Position numbers and translations under genes: made by a program
Part shown: positions 39,422-48,114 of the stretch, piece by piece
Numbering within the stretch: position 1 is the stretch's first letter
Layout: the number at the start of each line of letters is the position of its first letter
Origin: Trueperaceae bacterium
GTDB taxonomy: Bacteria; Deinococcota; Deinococci; Deinococcales; Trueperaceae
Length of the DNA: 64,000 nucleotides
Assembly (NCBI GenBank): GCA_035703635.1
Contig: DASSXV010000074.1
Span: forward strand, 1 to 64,000
Direction of reading: 5' to 3'
The notes under the pieces: model-generated
What the model saw: the letters and a program-made list of their open reading frames with translations, nothing else
Told to the model about the DNA's origin: nothing
Databases searched by the model: none

Positions 39422-39570
39422 CCCAAATCCCATCCTTCCGAAGTCCGCCACACTTGGCGTCTAGCGCTGCGTACAGCCTCCCGAGCATTTGTACGCAACT
39501 GCCGGGAGCTAGTGTCCCAGCCAGGCGCACCACTGGCGCGCCTCTCAAAAATCTGAAGGGATTTGTCGCT

Positions 39571-39662
39571 GTGGAGCTCGAACTCCCGACTCCTCCCAGC
39601 CTCTTCCAACACGCACCGCTCCCACGATGCGAGTCGATCCTGATCTCCCAATCAAGGCGACT
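39571..39662 (+). ncRNA. Putative CUCCCA-loop sRNA, diverged copy with three hairpins
   Basis: Same 5' GTGGA and CTCCTCCCA.CCTCTTCC linker as the 41.7/41.9 kb copies; the stems differ in sequence but still pair. Confidence 0.55.
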
Positions 39663-39711
39663 GACAAGACCTTAGCAAGGCCGACGACATTATGCAAGAC
39701 CTGCCCGCTCA

Positions 39712-41535
39712 ATGTTACAACCCCGGATACCACATATATGCGGCCCGACCGGGTGTAGCGCTACGAATACCGTGAGTTGGCAAGGTCGCCGTCCCGTCGT
39801 ATATAGTCACAGCAATGCTCCGCTGGCAAACCTTCATGCCTTTCCAGGAAGCGGCGTCTTAGCCGTGGTTCCGATTCCTGGGGCACTAAGGAGCCGGGTT
39901 GACGAACTCGTTTCCTCTAGATTTCCTGGCGTACGCCTGGAAAGCGAAGTGCAGGGGTGGGCGTTCCTCGAGCAGTTCGAGAATGGAATTGAGGCCTACC
40001 TTGCAATTCCAGAACCTACCGCAAGAGATGATCGCTGGGTCGGAGTTTGCTATTTCCAAGCATTGCGCGATATGGACGCCCTTGAAGCTCTCTATCGGGC
40101 TGTAGACCGCGGGGAAGAAGGGGCACGCGTCTATCTGGGACACGTGCTCCCCTTCGTTGAACGACGTGAGGACGCCCAGTCCGAGATGGCTCGGGTTGAC
40201 CTAAGCAGACTGAATAATTACGACACCGCTCTCTTTTACCGAATCCTTAGTATCAGCGAAGAGACCAGCGGAAACCTACGCGAAGCTTTGAAGGCTGCAG
40301 AAATTGCCTGGCGTCGAATCCAGGGCGTACCTGAATACAACGTCCTGGCGCCGTCAATCCTCGTTCAACTGGCGGTGCTGTATGGCCGTATTGGGCGGTC
40401 ACAACGCGCATTGTGGTTTCTTGAGCGAAGCCTAGTTGGAACTTCTGGAGCCGAACAAGCCAAAGTTAAGCTACGACGCGCGGCTGTGTTGATCAACCTA
40501 GGGCGTCATCGTGAAGCTCATGTTGACTTAGATTCATTTGACTTGGAAAGTGCTCCAGCTACTTTTCAAGCTGAACGGAACTGGCTACTGGGAGAAATTG
40601 CGTGGGCCAGTAGCAGCATGGGCTTAGCAATAAAACGCTACTTGGCCGCCATTGATATTGCCACCGAACTCCAGTTCAACTACGAGGAGTTCCTCTGCCG
40701 CTTGCCGTTGGTGTGCATCTTGGGTTCCCGCGGTGATCACGCGGAGGCGTACGACCACCTCATGCGCGCGCAAACGCTCATTTCCGATAAGTCGGATAGG
40801 CTCACGTTTCGCTTCCGCGAGGTGCTCCTCAACTTCTGGACCAAGCGTTACACCGTCAGCCACGCCATTCAGGAGTTCGAGGGACTAATGCAGGCCTTCG
40901 GCGAGATGGGTCTGCTGCAGGAGCAGGCGGCGGTTCAGCTGCACTACGCGGACCTCCTAAGGATCAGCGGTCGGGATGGCTGGCAACGGCAACTAGATGA
41001 ACTTCAGGCCCTCAGCGTTTCGCTCCAGAACCAAGCGCTGCTCGCTAGGGAGTGGACGCTGCTGCCCGAGCTGCACCACATTGCGTTCCGTACGCACCCG
41101 CGCATTGCAGGCACGGCCGTCGAGGTTCTCGAGATCTTCACCATGGGTGACGAGCGCATGCTGCTGGACGACAAGCCGGTGCACATTCCGCTCAGGCGCG
41201 GCGTGGAGCTCATGGCGTACTTCCTTGAGTACAGGGCCGTGTCGTTGAAGAAGGTCCTGCTAGACGTCTTCCCCGACGAGAAACCCTCGGCGGCCAAGTC
41301 TTACTTCCACCAGTTCCGCCACCAGCTGCGTGAGTCGCTTAACGGTGTAGAGATCGAGTACGACTCTGAATCGAAGCTCTACCGCTTGAAGAGCGAGATC
41401 GACGTGCTGTGGGACGTAAGTGAACTGCGTGCAGGACGCGTTATGGGTGAGACGGGCATCTTCCTCCCATCGTCTGGCAACGAGTGGGCGTACTTGCTTG
41501 ACCAAGATCTCGACAAGTTCCGCTCGGGGCTCTAA
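39712..41535 (+). CDS. TPR-repeat protein with a C-terminal OmpR/SARP-type winged-helix domain (true start may be downstream)
   Basis: Several TPR-like helix pairs (e.g. LVQLAVLYGRIGRSQRALWFLERSL); C-terminal LEIFTMG...ELMAYF...VFPDE...FHQFRHQLRESL...YRL. Confidence 0.8.
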   Translation: MLQPRIPHICGPTGCSATNTVSWQGRRPVVYSHSNAPLANLHAFPGSGVLAVVPIPGALRSRVDELVSSRFPGVRLESEVQGWAFLEQFENGIEAYLAIPEPTARDDRWVGVCYFQALRDMDALEALYRAVDRGEEGARVYLGHVLPFVERREDAQSEMARVDLSRLNNYDTALFYRILSISEETSGNLREALKAAEIAWRRIQGVPEYNVLAPSILVQLAVLYGRIGRSQRALWFLERSLVGTSGAEQAKVKLRRAAVLINLGRHREAHVDLDSFDLESAPATFQAERNWLLGEIAWASSSMGLAIKRYLAAIDIATELQFNYEEFLCRLPLVCILGSRGDHAEAYDHLMRAQTLISDKSDRLTFRFREVLLNFWTKRYTVSHAIQEFEGLMQAFGEMGLLQEQAAVQLHYADLLRISGRDGWQRQLDELQALSVSLQNQALLAREWTLLPELHHIAFRTHPRIAGTAVEVLEIFTMGDERMLLDDKPVHIPLRRGVELMAYFLEYRAVSLKKVLLDVFPDEKPSAAKSYFHQFRHQLRESLNGVEIEYDSESKLYRLKSEIDVLWDVSELRAGRVMGETGIFLPSSGNEWAYLLDQDLDKFRSGL

Positions 41536-41619
41536 ACACTGCCTGGCACGTGCGAACGTCACAGCGGCGCGTCAGCTGGTTCTGGCATCATGGCCGTGCA
41601 TGAGGCCCCCGCCATGCTC

Positions 41620-41653
41620 CTGTCAGAATCCCGTCATGTGTGCTTTGTAGGCT
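41620..41653 (+). promoter_or_regulatory. Promoter of sRNA copy 1 with a Pho-box-like direct repeat
   Basis: CTGTCAGAATCCCGTCAT-N10-TAGGCT. Confidence 0.5.
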
Positions 41654-41659
41654 AGGGGC

Positions 41660-41737
41660 GTGGACTTGAGGTAACACTCCCATTACCTCCTCCCATCCTC
41701 TTCCGAACGGAACCCCGCGCCTCCCACGCGGGGTTCG
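41660..41737 (+). ncRNA. Putative CUCCCA-loop sRNA, copy 1
   Basis: Hairpins GAGGTAA-cactccca-TTACCTC and GAACCCCGCG-cctccca-CGCGGGGTTC; own -10 hexamer. Confidence 0.7.
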
Positions 41738-41809
41738 ACCATTTAATGACGTGCAGCACGGCGCAAACTGCTCGTCTGGGCCGGGTTCTCGCCCCTCCAT
41801 GTGCCAGCG

Positions 41810-41842
41810 TGTAAGAAACTTGTAAGTCCCACTGCGTAACCT
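41810..41842 (+). promoter_or_regulatory. Promoter of sRNA copy 2 with a TGTAAG direct repeat
   Basis: TGTAAG-N5-TGTAAG-N10-TAACCT. Confidence 0.55.
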
Positions 41843-41848
41843 AGAGCC

Positions 41849-41926
41849 GTGGACTTGAGGTAACACTCCCATTACCTCCTCCCATCCTCTTCCGAACTGA
41901 GCCCCGCGCCTCCCACGCGGGGTTCG
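41849..41926 (+). ncRNA. Putative CUCCCA-loop sRNA, copy 2
   Basis: Direct repeat of copy 1 (189-nt period, 2 mismatches, one converting an A-U pair to G-U). Confidence 0.7.
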
Positions 41927-42069
41927 CCCTTTCTCCCCTGTCCAAGCGCCGCGTGCGCTCGCCACGTTGGGCAACGGCCAAACGTGCCCTGGCACCTTGC
42001 AATTTGGGGTCCTGGTGTGGTGTAATGAACACTTGTCGCAAGACACCACTTCAGGAGGAACCCCCTTAC

Positions 42070-44184
42070 ATGGATGAGAAAGTAAACCCCGCCGCGGGGA
42101 GCCCTGCCCCAGGCACCGTCCCAGCCCAGGAAGAAAGCCCTAACCAGGTCGCAGCCGCGAACGCCGAACAGGGAGTAGGCACGCAGGCTGACAACGAAAC
42201 GAACATTTCCCCTGATTTGGCTACTTCCGAACCGGCTGCAACCCCCACGCCAAGCGCCGTCCAGGCCAGCGCCGCTCCGGCCCGCGCCCAGGACGACGAG
42301 ATCAGCATGGAAGACGTGCTCGCCGCCAGCGATGAAATGCTGGCCCGCAAGCCCGTTCACCGTGGCATGATCACCACTGGTCAGGTCATCATGCTCGCTC
42401 AGGAAGGCATCGTCGTTGACGTCGGCGCCAAGATCGAGGGCATGCTCCCCTACAACCAGCTCTTCGAGCACGAGTCCAACGCCGAAGAGGCCGCCAAGTA
42501 CTTCAAGCCTGGTGACGACATCCAGGTCTACGTCGTGCGGTCCGACATCCCCAACAGCACCATCACGCTTTCCAAGAAGCGCGCTGATCAAGAACGCGCC
42601 TGGAACCTCCTTCAAGACATCCACGACAACGGCAAGCCCGTTGAAGTAGAGATCGTCGAGAAGGTCCGCGGCGGCCTCGTTGCCAGCCTCGGCGTGCGCG
42701 CGTTCCTGCCCGCCAGCCAGGTGGACATTCGCCGCGTCAACGACCTGGCGCCGTACGTCGGCCGCCGCATGAAGGTCAAGATCATCGAGCTGAACAGGCG
42801 CCGCAACCGCGTCATCATCTCGCGCCGCAGCATCCTCGAGGACGAGATCTCTCACCTCAAGGACGACACCCTCAAGAAGCTCGAGCCAGGCGCCCGCCTC
42901 GAAGGCGAAGTCGTCGAGATCACCGATTTCGGCGTGTTCGTCAACCTGGGCGGCGTAGACGGCCTCGTGCACCGCTCGGAACTCACGCACGGCCGCTTCA
43001 GCCACCCGCGTGACGTCGTCAAGCTCGGCGACATGGTCAAGGTCGAAGTCCTCGACATGGACCTCGAGCGCGAGCGCATCAACCTCTCCATGAAGAAGCT
43101 CGTCTCGGATCCCTGGGAGAACGTTCTCGCCCACTACAGCATCGGGCAGCGCGTCTCGGGCACCGTCACGAACCTCACGCCGTTCGGCGCCTTCGTCGAG
43201 ATCCAGCCCGGCCTCGAAGGCCTCATCCACGTCAGTGAGATGAGCTGGACCAAGCGCATCCGCCACCCGAAGGAAGCCCTTTCGGAAGGCGAGCAGGTCG
43301 AGGCGATGATCCTCAAGATCGACATGCAGCAACAGCGCATCTCGCTAGGTCTACGTCAGACCCAGCCTGATCCCTGGAGCAGCCTGCCGGACCGTTACCC
43401 GCCCGGCACCGAAGTCACCGGCCCCATCACGGGCATCACCGACTTCGGCGTGTTCATGGAGATCGAAGAAGGCATCGAAGGCCTGGTGCACATCTCCGAG
43501 CTCTCCCACGACCACATCGAGAACATCGCCGAGCACTTCAAGAAGGGTGACGAAGTCACCGCGGTCATCCTCAACATCGACCCCGTCGAGCAGCGCGCCA
43601 GCCTCTCCCGCAAGCGCATGCTGCCCTTCACCCCAGAGAACGCCGCCGAGTTCGGAGGCAACGCCCCAGCAGGCGGCGCCGCCAGGGCCGGAGGCTACGC
43701 GCAGCCAGGCGGCGCAGCCGCAGGAGGCAACCGCGGCCGCCGTGGTCGCCGCAGCCGCGACATCGACTACGACTACAGCTACGTCACCGATGCGGCAAGC
43801 AGCAAGACGACCACCAAGCTCGGCGACGTCTACGCCGACCTCTTCGCGCAGTTCGGGCTTGGCGACACCAAGGCCGAGACCGAAGCCCCCAAGGAAGTCG
43901 CCGCTAAGGCCCCAGCCAAGTCCGAGCCGGCCGTCAAGGCCGAGAAGCCGGCCCCAGCCGTCAAGGCGCAGTCCGACGAACCCGTCGACCCCAACGCCAT
44001 CGACGCCGCGGAAGCCGCCGCCCTCCTCACCGCCGCGTTCCGCCAAGGCAAGCGCCCAGGCGCAGCGGCAGACGAGGCGGCAGACGCAGTGGCCGATTAC
44101 GCCGACGCCAACCACGACACCGTAGAAGAAACGCACACCGCGGACGCCGACTACGGGTCAGACGACGACGACACCCAGGCCTAA
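42070..44184 (+). CDS. rpsA: 30S ribosomal protein S1
   Basis: AGGAGG SD; tandem S1 domains (FGVFV...GLVH.SE); low-complexity N- and C-terminal tails. Confidence 0.95.
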   Translation: MDEKVNPAAGSPAPGTVPAQEESPNQVAAANAEQGVGTQADNETNISPDLATSEPAATPTPSAVQASAAPARAQDDEISMEDVLAASDEMLARKPVHRGMITTGQVIMLAQEGIVVDVGAKIEGMLPYNQLFEHESNAEEAAKYFKPGDDIQVYVVRSDIPNSTITLSKKRADQERAWNLLQDIHDNGKPVEVEIVEKVRGGLVASLGVRAFLPASQVDIRRVNDLAPYVGRRMKVKIIELNRRRNRVIISRRSILEDEISHLKDDTLKKLEPGARLEGEVVEITDFGVFVNLGGVDGLVHRSELTHGRFSHPRDVVKLGDMVKVEVLDMDLERERINLSMKKLVSDPWENVLAHYSIGQRVSGTVTNLTPFGAFVEIQPGLEGLIHVSEMSWTKRIRHPKEALSEGEQVEAMILKIDMQQQRISLGLRQTQPDPWSSLPDRYPPGTEVTGPITGITDFGVFMEIEEGIEGLVHISELSHDHIENIAEHFKKGDEVTAVILNIDPVEQRASLSRKRMLPFTPENAAEFGGNAPAGGAARAGGYAQPGGAAAGGNRGRRGRRSRDIDYDYSYVTDAASSKTTTKLGDVYADLFAQFGLGDTKAETEAPKEVAAKAPAKSEPAVKAEKPAPAVKAQSDEPVDPNAIDAAEAAALLTAAFRQGKRPGAAADEAADAVADYADANHDTVEETHTADADYGSDDDDTQA

Positions 44185-44207
44185 ACAACGCTGGCGCCGA
44201 GCGCCAA

Positions 44208-44263
44208 GCAACTAGCAACCAACAGCCCCGCGCCGCAAGCAGGCGCGGGGCTGTTCTAGTTGC
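44208..44263 (+). terminator. rpsA terminator hairpin
   Basis: AACAGCCCCGCGCC-N7-GGCGCGGGGCTGTT with an outer GCAACTAG/CTAGTTGC extension. Confidence 0.8.
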
Positions 44264-44312
44264 ACCCCACCGCTACGCAACCGCGCGCTCCACGCTGATA
44301 GCGTGACCAGAT

Positions 44313-45311
44313 ATGACCAGCGCCGCCCGGGTACCCCTCTCAGTCCTCGACCTCGCCCACATCTCCAGCGGCGTCGACTCGCATAGCACCCTCCTAAACA
44401 CCGTCACCCTCGCCCGCCACGCAGAAGCCCTTGGCTACCGGCGCGTGTGGTACGCCGAACACCACGGCATGCGCAGCATCGCCAGCTCCGCACCAGAAGT
44501 GCTCATCGCCAACACCGCCGCGGCCACCGACAGCATCCACGTGGGGTCAGGCGGCATCATGCTCCCCAACCACGCGCCCCTACGCATCGCCGAGGCGTTC
44601 CAGACCCTCGAGGCGCTCCACCCTGGCCGCATAGACTTAGGCATCGGCCGCGCGCCCGGCTCCGACCGCGCGGCCATGGCGGCCATGCGCCCGTTCGACG
44701 CCGAGCAGTTCCCCTCGCAACTACACGAGCTCTTCGCCCTCTCGCGCGGCGGCTTTCCGCCCGATCACGCGTTCCACACCGTCAGGGCAACACCAGCGGA
44801 CGTCGACCTGCCGCCAGTGTGGCTCCTCGGGTCAAGCGGTGCAAGCGCCGCGTTCGCGGGTAGCCTCGGCCTCGGTTACGCGTTCGCTGGGCACTTCAGC
44901 GAGACCCCAGCCGCGCCAGCCATGAACGCCTACCGGGAGGCCTTCACGCCATCGGCAGCGTTCCCGGAACCGCACGCCATCCTCGCGCTCTCCGTCATCT
45001 GCGCACCAACGGACGAAGAAGCCGACTACCTCGCCGGTTCCCTCGACCTGGCCTGGCTGCGCATGCGGCGCAACGAGTTCGGGCCCGTGCCAACGCCCGA
45101 AGAAGCGGCCGCGTACGACTACGACGCCCACGAACGCGTCTTCGTGGAGCAGAACCGCCGCAAGCACGTGCTGGGGTCCCCCGCCACCGTCGTCCGCCGC
45201 CTTGCCGAACTACGAAAGGAGTCGGGCGCCAGCGAGATCATGCTCTCGACGATGGTCCACTCTCACGACGCGCGCATGCGCTCACTAGAACTGCTGGCGG
45301 CGGCCTGGTAG
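44313..45311 (+). CDS. LLM-class (luciferase-like) flavin-dependent oxidoreductase
   Basis: LSVLDL, WYAEHH, GSGGIMLPNH and LGIGRAPG motifs. Confidence 0.92.
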   Translation: MTSAARVPLSVLDLAHISSGVDSHSTLLNTVTLARHAEALGYRRVWYAEHHGMRSIASSAPEVLIANTAAATDSIHVGSGGIMLPNHAPLRIAEAFQTLEALHPGRIDLGIGRAPGSDRAAMAAMRPFDAEQFPSQLHELFALSRGGFPPDHAFHTVRATPADVDLPPVWLLGSSGASAAFAGSLGLGYAFAGHFSETPAAPAMNAYREAFTPSAAFPEPHAILALSVICAPTDEEADYLAGSLDLAWLRMRRNEFGPVPTPEEAAAYDYDAHERVFVEQNRRKHVLGSPATVVRRLAELRKESGASEIMLSTMVHSHDARMRSLELLAAAW

Positions 45312-45334
45312 CGCAGCGCGCCAACCTGGCGGCG

Positions 45335-46396
45335 TCACATGCTGCGCAGGCGCTTGATGCGCTCCGCGAGAGAAGGGTGGGTGGAGAACAACCCACCCTC
45401 CCCACCGTTCGCCTGGTTCGCCTGCATGGCGGGGTTGACGATGAACAGGTGCTGTACACCCTCGCTAACCTGCATTCGCTGGCCAGAGTAGCTGCCGAGC
45501 CTCTCCAACGCCCGCGCCAAACCCTCCGGGTTGCGAGTGATGTACGCGCCCGTGGCGTCCGCCAAGAACTCGCGCCTGCGGCTGACTGCCAGTCGCAACA
45601 ACATGCCTACGATCGGGCCAAGCACGAGCAGCACCACCAGCAGGACGAGCGCCAGACCCTGGCCCATGCCGCCACCCGAGTTGCCACCGCCGGAGCGGCC
45701 CGAGCGGCGCGAAGACCCGCCACCCACGCCCCCGAACATGCCCCACCGCAGCACGAGGTCGCGCAGCACAAGCAATGCGCCGAGGGTGGCAACCAGCATG
45801 GACATGAACCGGATGTCGTAGTTGCGCACGTGCGCCAGCTCGTGTGCCACCACGCCCTCGAGTTCCTGCCGCTCGAGGAGTTGCAGCAGGCCGGAGGTGA
45901 CCGCGATCGAGGCGTGCTGCGGGTCGCGGCCGGTAGCGAAGGCGTTGGGAGCTGGCGAATCGATGACATACACCTTGGGCATCGGCACGCCAGCGCCGAT
46001 GGCGACCGCCTCAGCCACGTTCACTAGGTAACGGTGCTCCTCGACGGTGGCCTCGCGTGCCCCGGACGCCGCCAAGGCTATCTGGTCGGAGAACCAGAAG
46101 CCAGCCACCGCCTGCCCGAAACCCACCAGCACCGCTACGGCCATGAAGAACACCGCCGCCGTAGGGTCCACCGCACGCGAAAGCAAGTAAGCGGCCGCAA
46201 CGAGCAACGCGACCGTGAACAAGGCGAGCACCCAGGTGCTGCGCTTGTTGGAGGCCTGGTAGTCGATGAGGTTGATGCGCCGGCCAGAACCGGGGATGGT
46301 GAACTGATCGCCAAGAGAACGGATGCCAGCAACGGCGTCGGCTTTAACATCGCCCTTGACCGTCGGGCCGCCAGCGTTCGAGTCGATTGGCCGCAT
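45335..46396 (-). CDS. htpX: M48 family zinc metalloprotease HtpX
   Basis: PNAFATG, AHELAH, SRRREFLAD and FSTHP motifs. Confidence 0.9.
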   Translation of the reverse strand: MRPIDSNAGGPTVKGDVKADAVAGIRSLGDQFTIPGSGRRINLIDYQASNKRSTWVLALFTVALLVAAAYLLSRAVDPTAAVFFMAVAVLVGFGQAVAGFWFSDQIALAASGAREATVEEHRYLVNVAEAVAIGAGVPMPKVYVIDSPAPNAFATGRDPQHASIAVTSGLLQLLERQELEGVVAHELAHVRNYDIRFMSMLVATLGALLVLRDLVLRWGMFGGVGGGSSRRSGRSGGGNSGGGMGQGLALVLLVVLLVLGPIVGMLLRLAVSRRREFLADATGAYITRNPEGLARALERLGSYSGQRMQVSEGVQHLFIVNPAMQANQANGGEGGLFSTHPSLAERIKRLRSM

Positions 46397-46450
46397 TGCG
46401 CCCACTTTACGGCACGCACAACGAGAGAGCGCCTAGCGTGCCGTGCCGCG

Positions 46451-47248
46451 TCAGTCCGAGCGCGCCTCCGCGCCGAGCAAGCGCGGCAGGTCGCCTACGC
46501 GCCCGACTACCGCGAACAGCGCCGTTGCCACCAGGAAGAAGAGCAGCGAGATGGCTGCCATCACCGGGCTGTAGCCGTAACGCAGGCTGTTGAAGATCTT
46601 GACGGGCAGGGTCTCGAACGTGAAGCCAACCGTCATGTAAGCGATGATGTACTCGTTCAAGGACAGCACGAACGCGAAGATGTAACCGGCAAGCACGTAA
46701 GGTCTTAGGTTAGGCCACACGACGGTGCGCGCCACCGTGCCGGGCGTGGCGCCCATGGTCACGGCGGCCTCGACGACCTCGCGGTTGAGGCTAGCGAACC
46801 CAAGGGTGATGGTGGCGAGGGGGAGGGTCACGAGGAACACGCCGTGCGACAACACCACGGAGTAAGGCTGCCCGAAGCTCCGCAGCACGATCCAAAGGAC
46901 CAACGCACCGAGGGCGGTGACCACCGGCGGCAACGCGAACGGCGCGAGGCCCAACAGCATGACGGCGCGCGCCCAGCGCGTGCCCCACCGCCACACGGCG
47001 TAAGCCAACGGCAAGGCGATAGACACGGCGATCAGGCCAGCCAGCACCGCCACGATCAGGCTACGCACCGCAGGCGCTGACCAGTCAGACGAGGTGAAGA
47101 ACTCCTCGTACCAGCGCAACGACACTCCCTGCGGCGGGAAGAACAGTACCTTCTTGGCGTTGAGCGACACGCCGGCGATGACGACGATGGGTAGCAGCAA
47201 GTAGAGCGCCACGAGCCCCATGAACGCGCGCCGCCACCAGACCCTCAC
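46451..47248 (-). CDS. ABC transporter permease (PotC-like)
   Basis: LLPIVVI, SLRWY, EAAVTMGA and TLPVKIF motifs; GTG overlaps the upstream stop. Confidence 0.88.
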   Translation of the reverse strand: MRVWWRRAFMGLVALYLLLPIVVIAGVSLNAKKVLFFPPQGVSLRWYEEFFTSSDWSAPAVRSLIVAVLAGLIAVSIALPLAYAVWRWGTRWARAVMLLGLAPFALPPVVTALGALVLWIVLRSFGQPYSVVLSHGVFLVTLPLATITLGFASLNREVVEAAVTMGATPGTVARTVVWPNLRPYVLAGYIFAFVLSLNEYIIAYMTVGFTFETLPVKIFNSLRYGYSPVMAAISLLFFLVATALFAVVGRVGDLPRLLGAEARSD

Positions 47249-48114
47249 GCTTCGCTCCTCTGGCGCTTGAGGCCGAAAGCCAGAATGGCGATGCTGACGG
47301 CCGCCCCCGCCGCCAACAGCACGACGGCAAGCGCCGCAGCCAGTGGCAGGTTCGACTTGAGGATGGCCTGGTCCGTGATCTGCACGGGCAGCGTCCACTG
47401 CGCGGGGCGCCCCAACGACTGCGGTATCACGTACGCGCCCAGCACGAAGATGAAGACGAGCGCCAGCCCCCCAGCGACGGCTCTGCGCAGCACGGGCACG
47501 ACCACGGTCATGAATGCGCGCAGCGGCGACGCCCCCAACGTGGCGGCCGCCTCGACGAGCTCCGGGTTGAGGCGCGAGACGGGCGGGTAGAACGTGAGCA
47601 CCGTGAGGGGCAACGCGATGAACACTAGAGCGAGGAGCACGGCCGCCAGGCCGGGGCTCCACGCTTGCGGTGACGGCAAGAGTCCAAGCCACACGAGGGC
47701 GTTCGACGCGCCGGAGGTGCGCGAGAGCATCAACGACCAGCTGAACGCCACGATGACCTCGGATAACGACAGCGAGGCAAGCACGAGAACGAGATACTTG
47801 ACTTGCCGCCTGCGCGGCAGGCGGGCCAACAGATAAGTGAAAGGCAACCCGATCACGAGGCACACGAGCGCCGCGCCGCTGGCTATGGCGACAGTTACCC
47901 ACAGCCGCTCCAGATAGAAGGGCTCGAGGGCCCGAGCGTAGTTGTCGAGCACGACCGCGGGTTCGAAGAACGCGGACTGCACCCTACGGAACAAGGAAAC
48001 GGCGAGGATGACGACCAGCGGGCCGACGAACAGCACGAACAGCGCCAGCGCTGGCCAGGCAAGGAGTAGGTTAGGGCCAACGCCCCTTCTGCTGCTGGCG
48101 CCGTCAGGCGTCAT
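47245..48114 (-). CDS. ABC transporter permease (PotB-like)
   Basis: LDNY and EAAATLGA motifs; multiple TM segments. Confidence 0.88.
   Translation of the reverse strand: MTPDGASSRRGVGPNLLLAWPALALFVLFVGPLVVILAVSLFRRVQSAFFEPAVVLDNYARALEPFYLERLWVTVAIASGAALVCLVIGLPFTYLLARLPRRRQVKYLVLVLASLSLSEVIVAFSWSLMLSRTSGASNALVWLGLLPSPQAWSPGLAAVLLALVFIALPLTVLTFYPPVSRLNPELVEAAATLGASPLRAFMTVVVPVLRRAVAGGLALVFIFVLGAYVIPQSLGRPAQWTLPVQITDQAILKSNLPLAAALAVVLLAAGAAVSIAILAFGLKRQRSEA

Noticed and set aside
41659-41926. Direct repeats as a CRISPR array
   Set aside because: Only two near-identical units of about 79 nt with a 110-nt gap, far outside CRISPR repeat/spacer sizes; no cas genes
41660-41926. Minus-strand CsrB/RsmY-like GGA-loop RNA reading of the repeats
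   Set aside because: The -10 hexamers, upstream boxes and G-U-compatible substitution favour the plus strand; not fully excluded without stranded RNA-seq
37800-41950. Island as a mobile element or prophage
   Set aside because: No integrase, transposase, tRNA target or flanking att-like repeats recognised
41588-42049. Minus-strand ORF with duplicated [15 protein letters not shown]
   Set aside because: Translation artefact of the DNA repeat; the GGAGG motifs sit too close to the ATGs to act as an RBS, and the promoter signals point to the plus strand
41872-44136. Long antisense ORFs over rpsA (and similar ones over mreB, recG, the hemolysin gene and lon)
   Set aside because: Shadow ORFs expected from high-GC codon bias opposite well-supported genes
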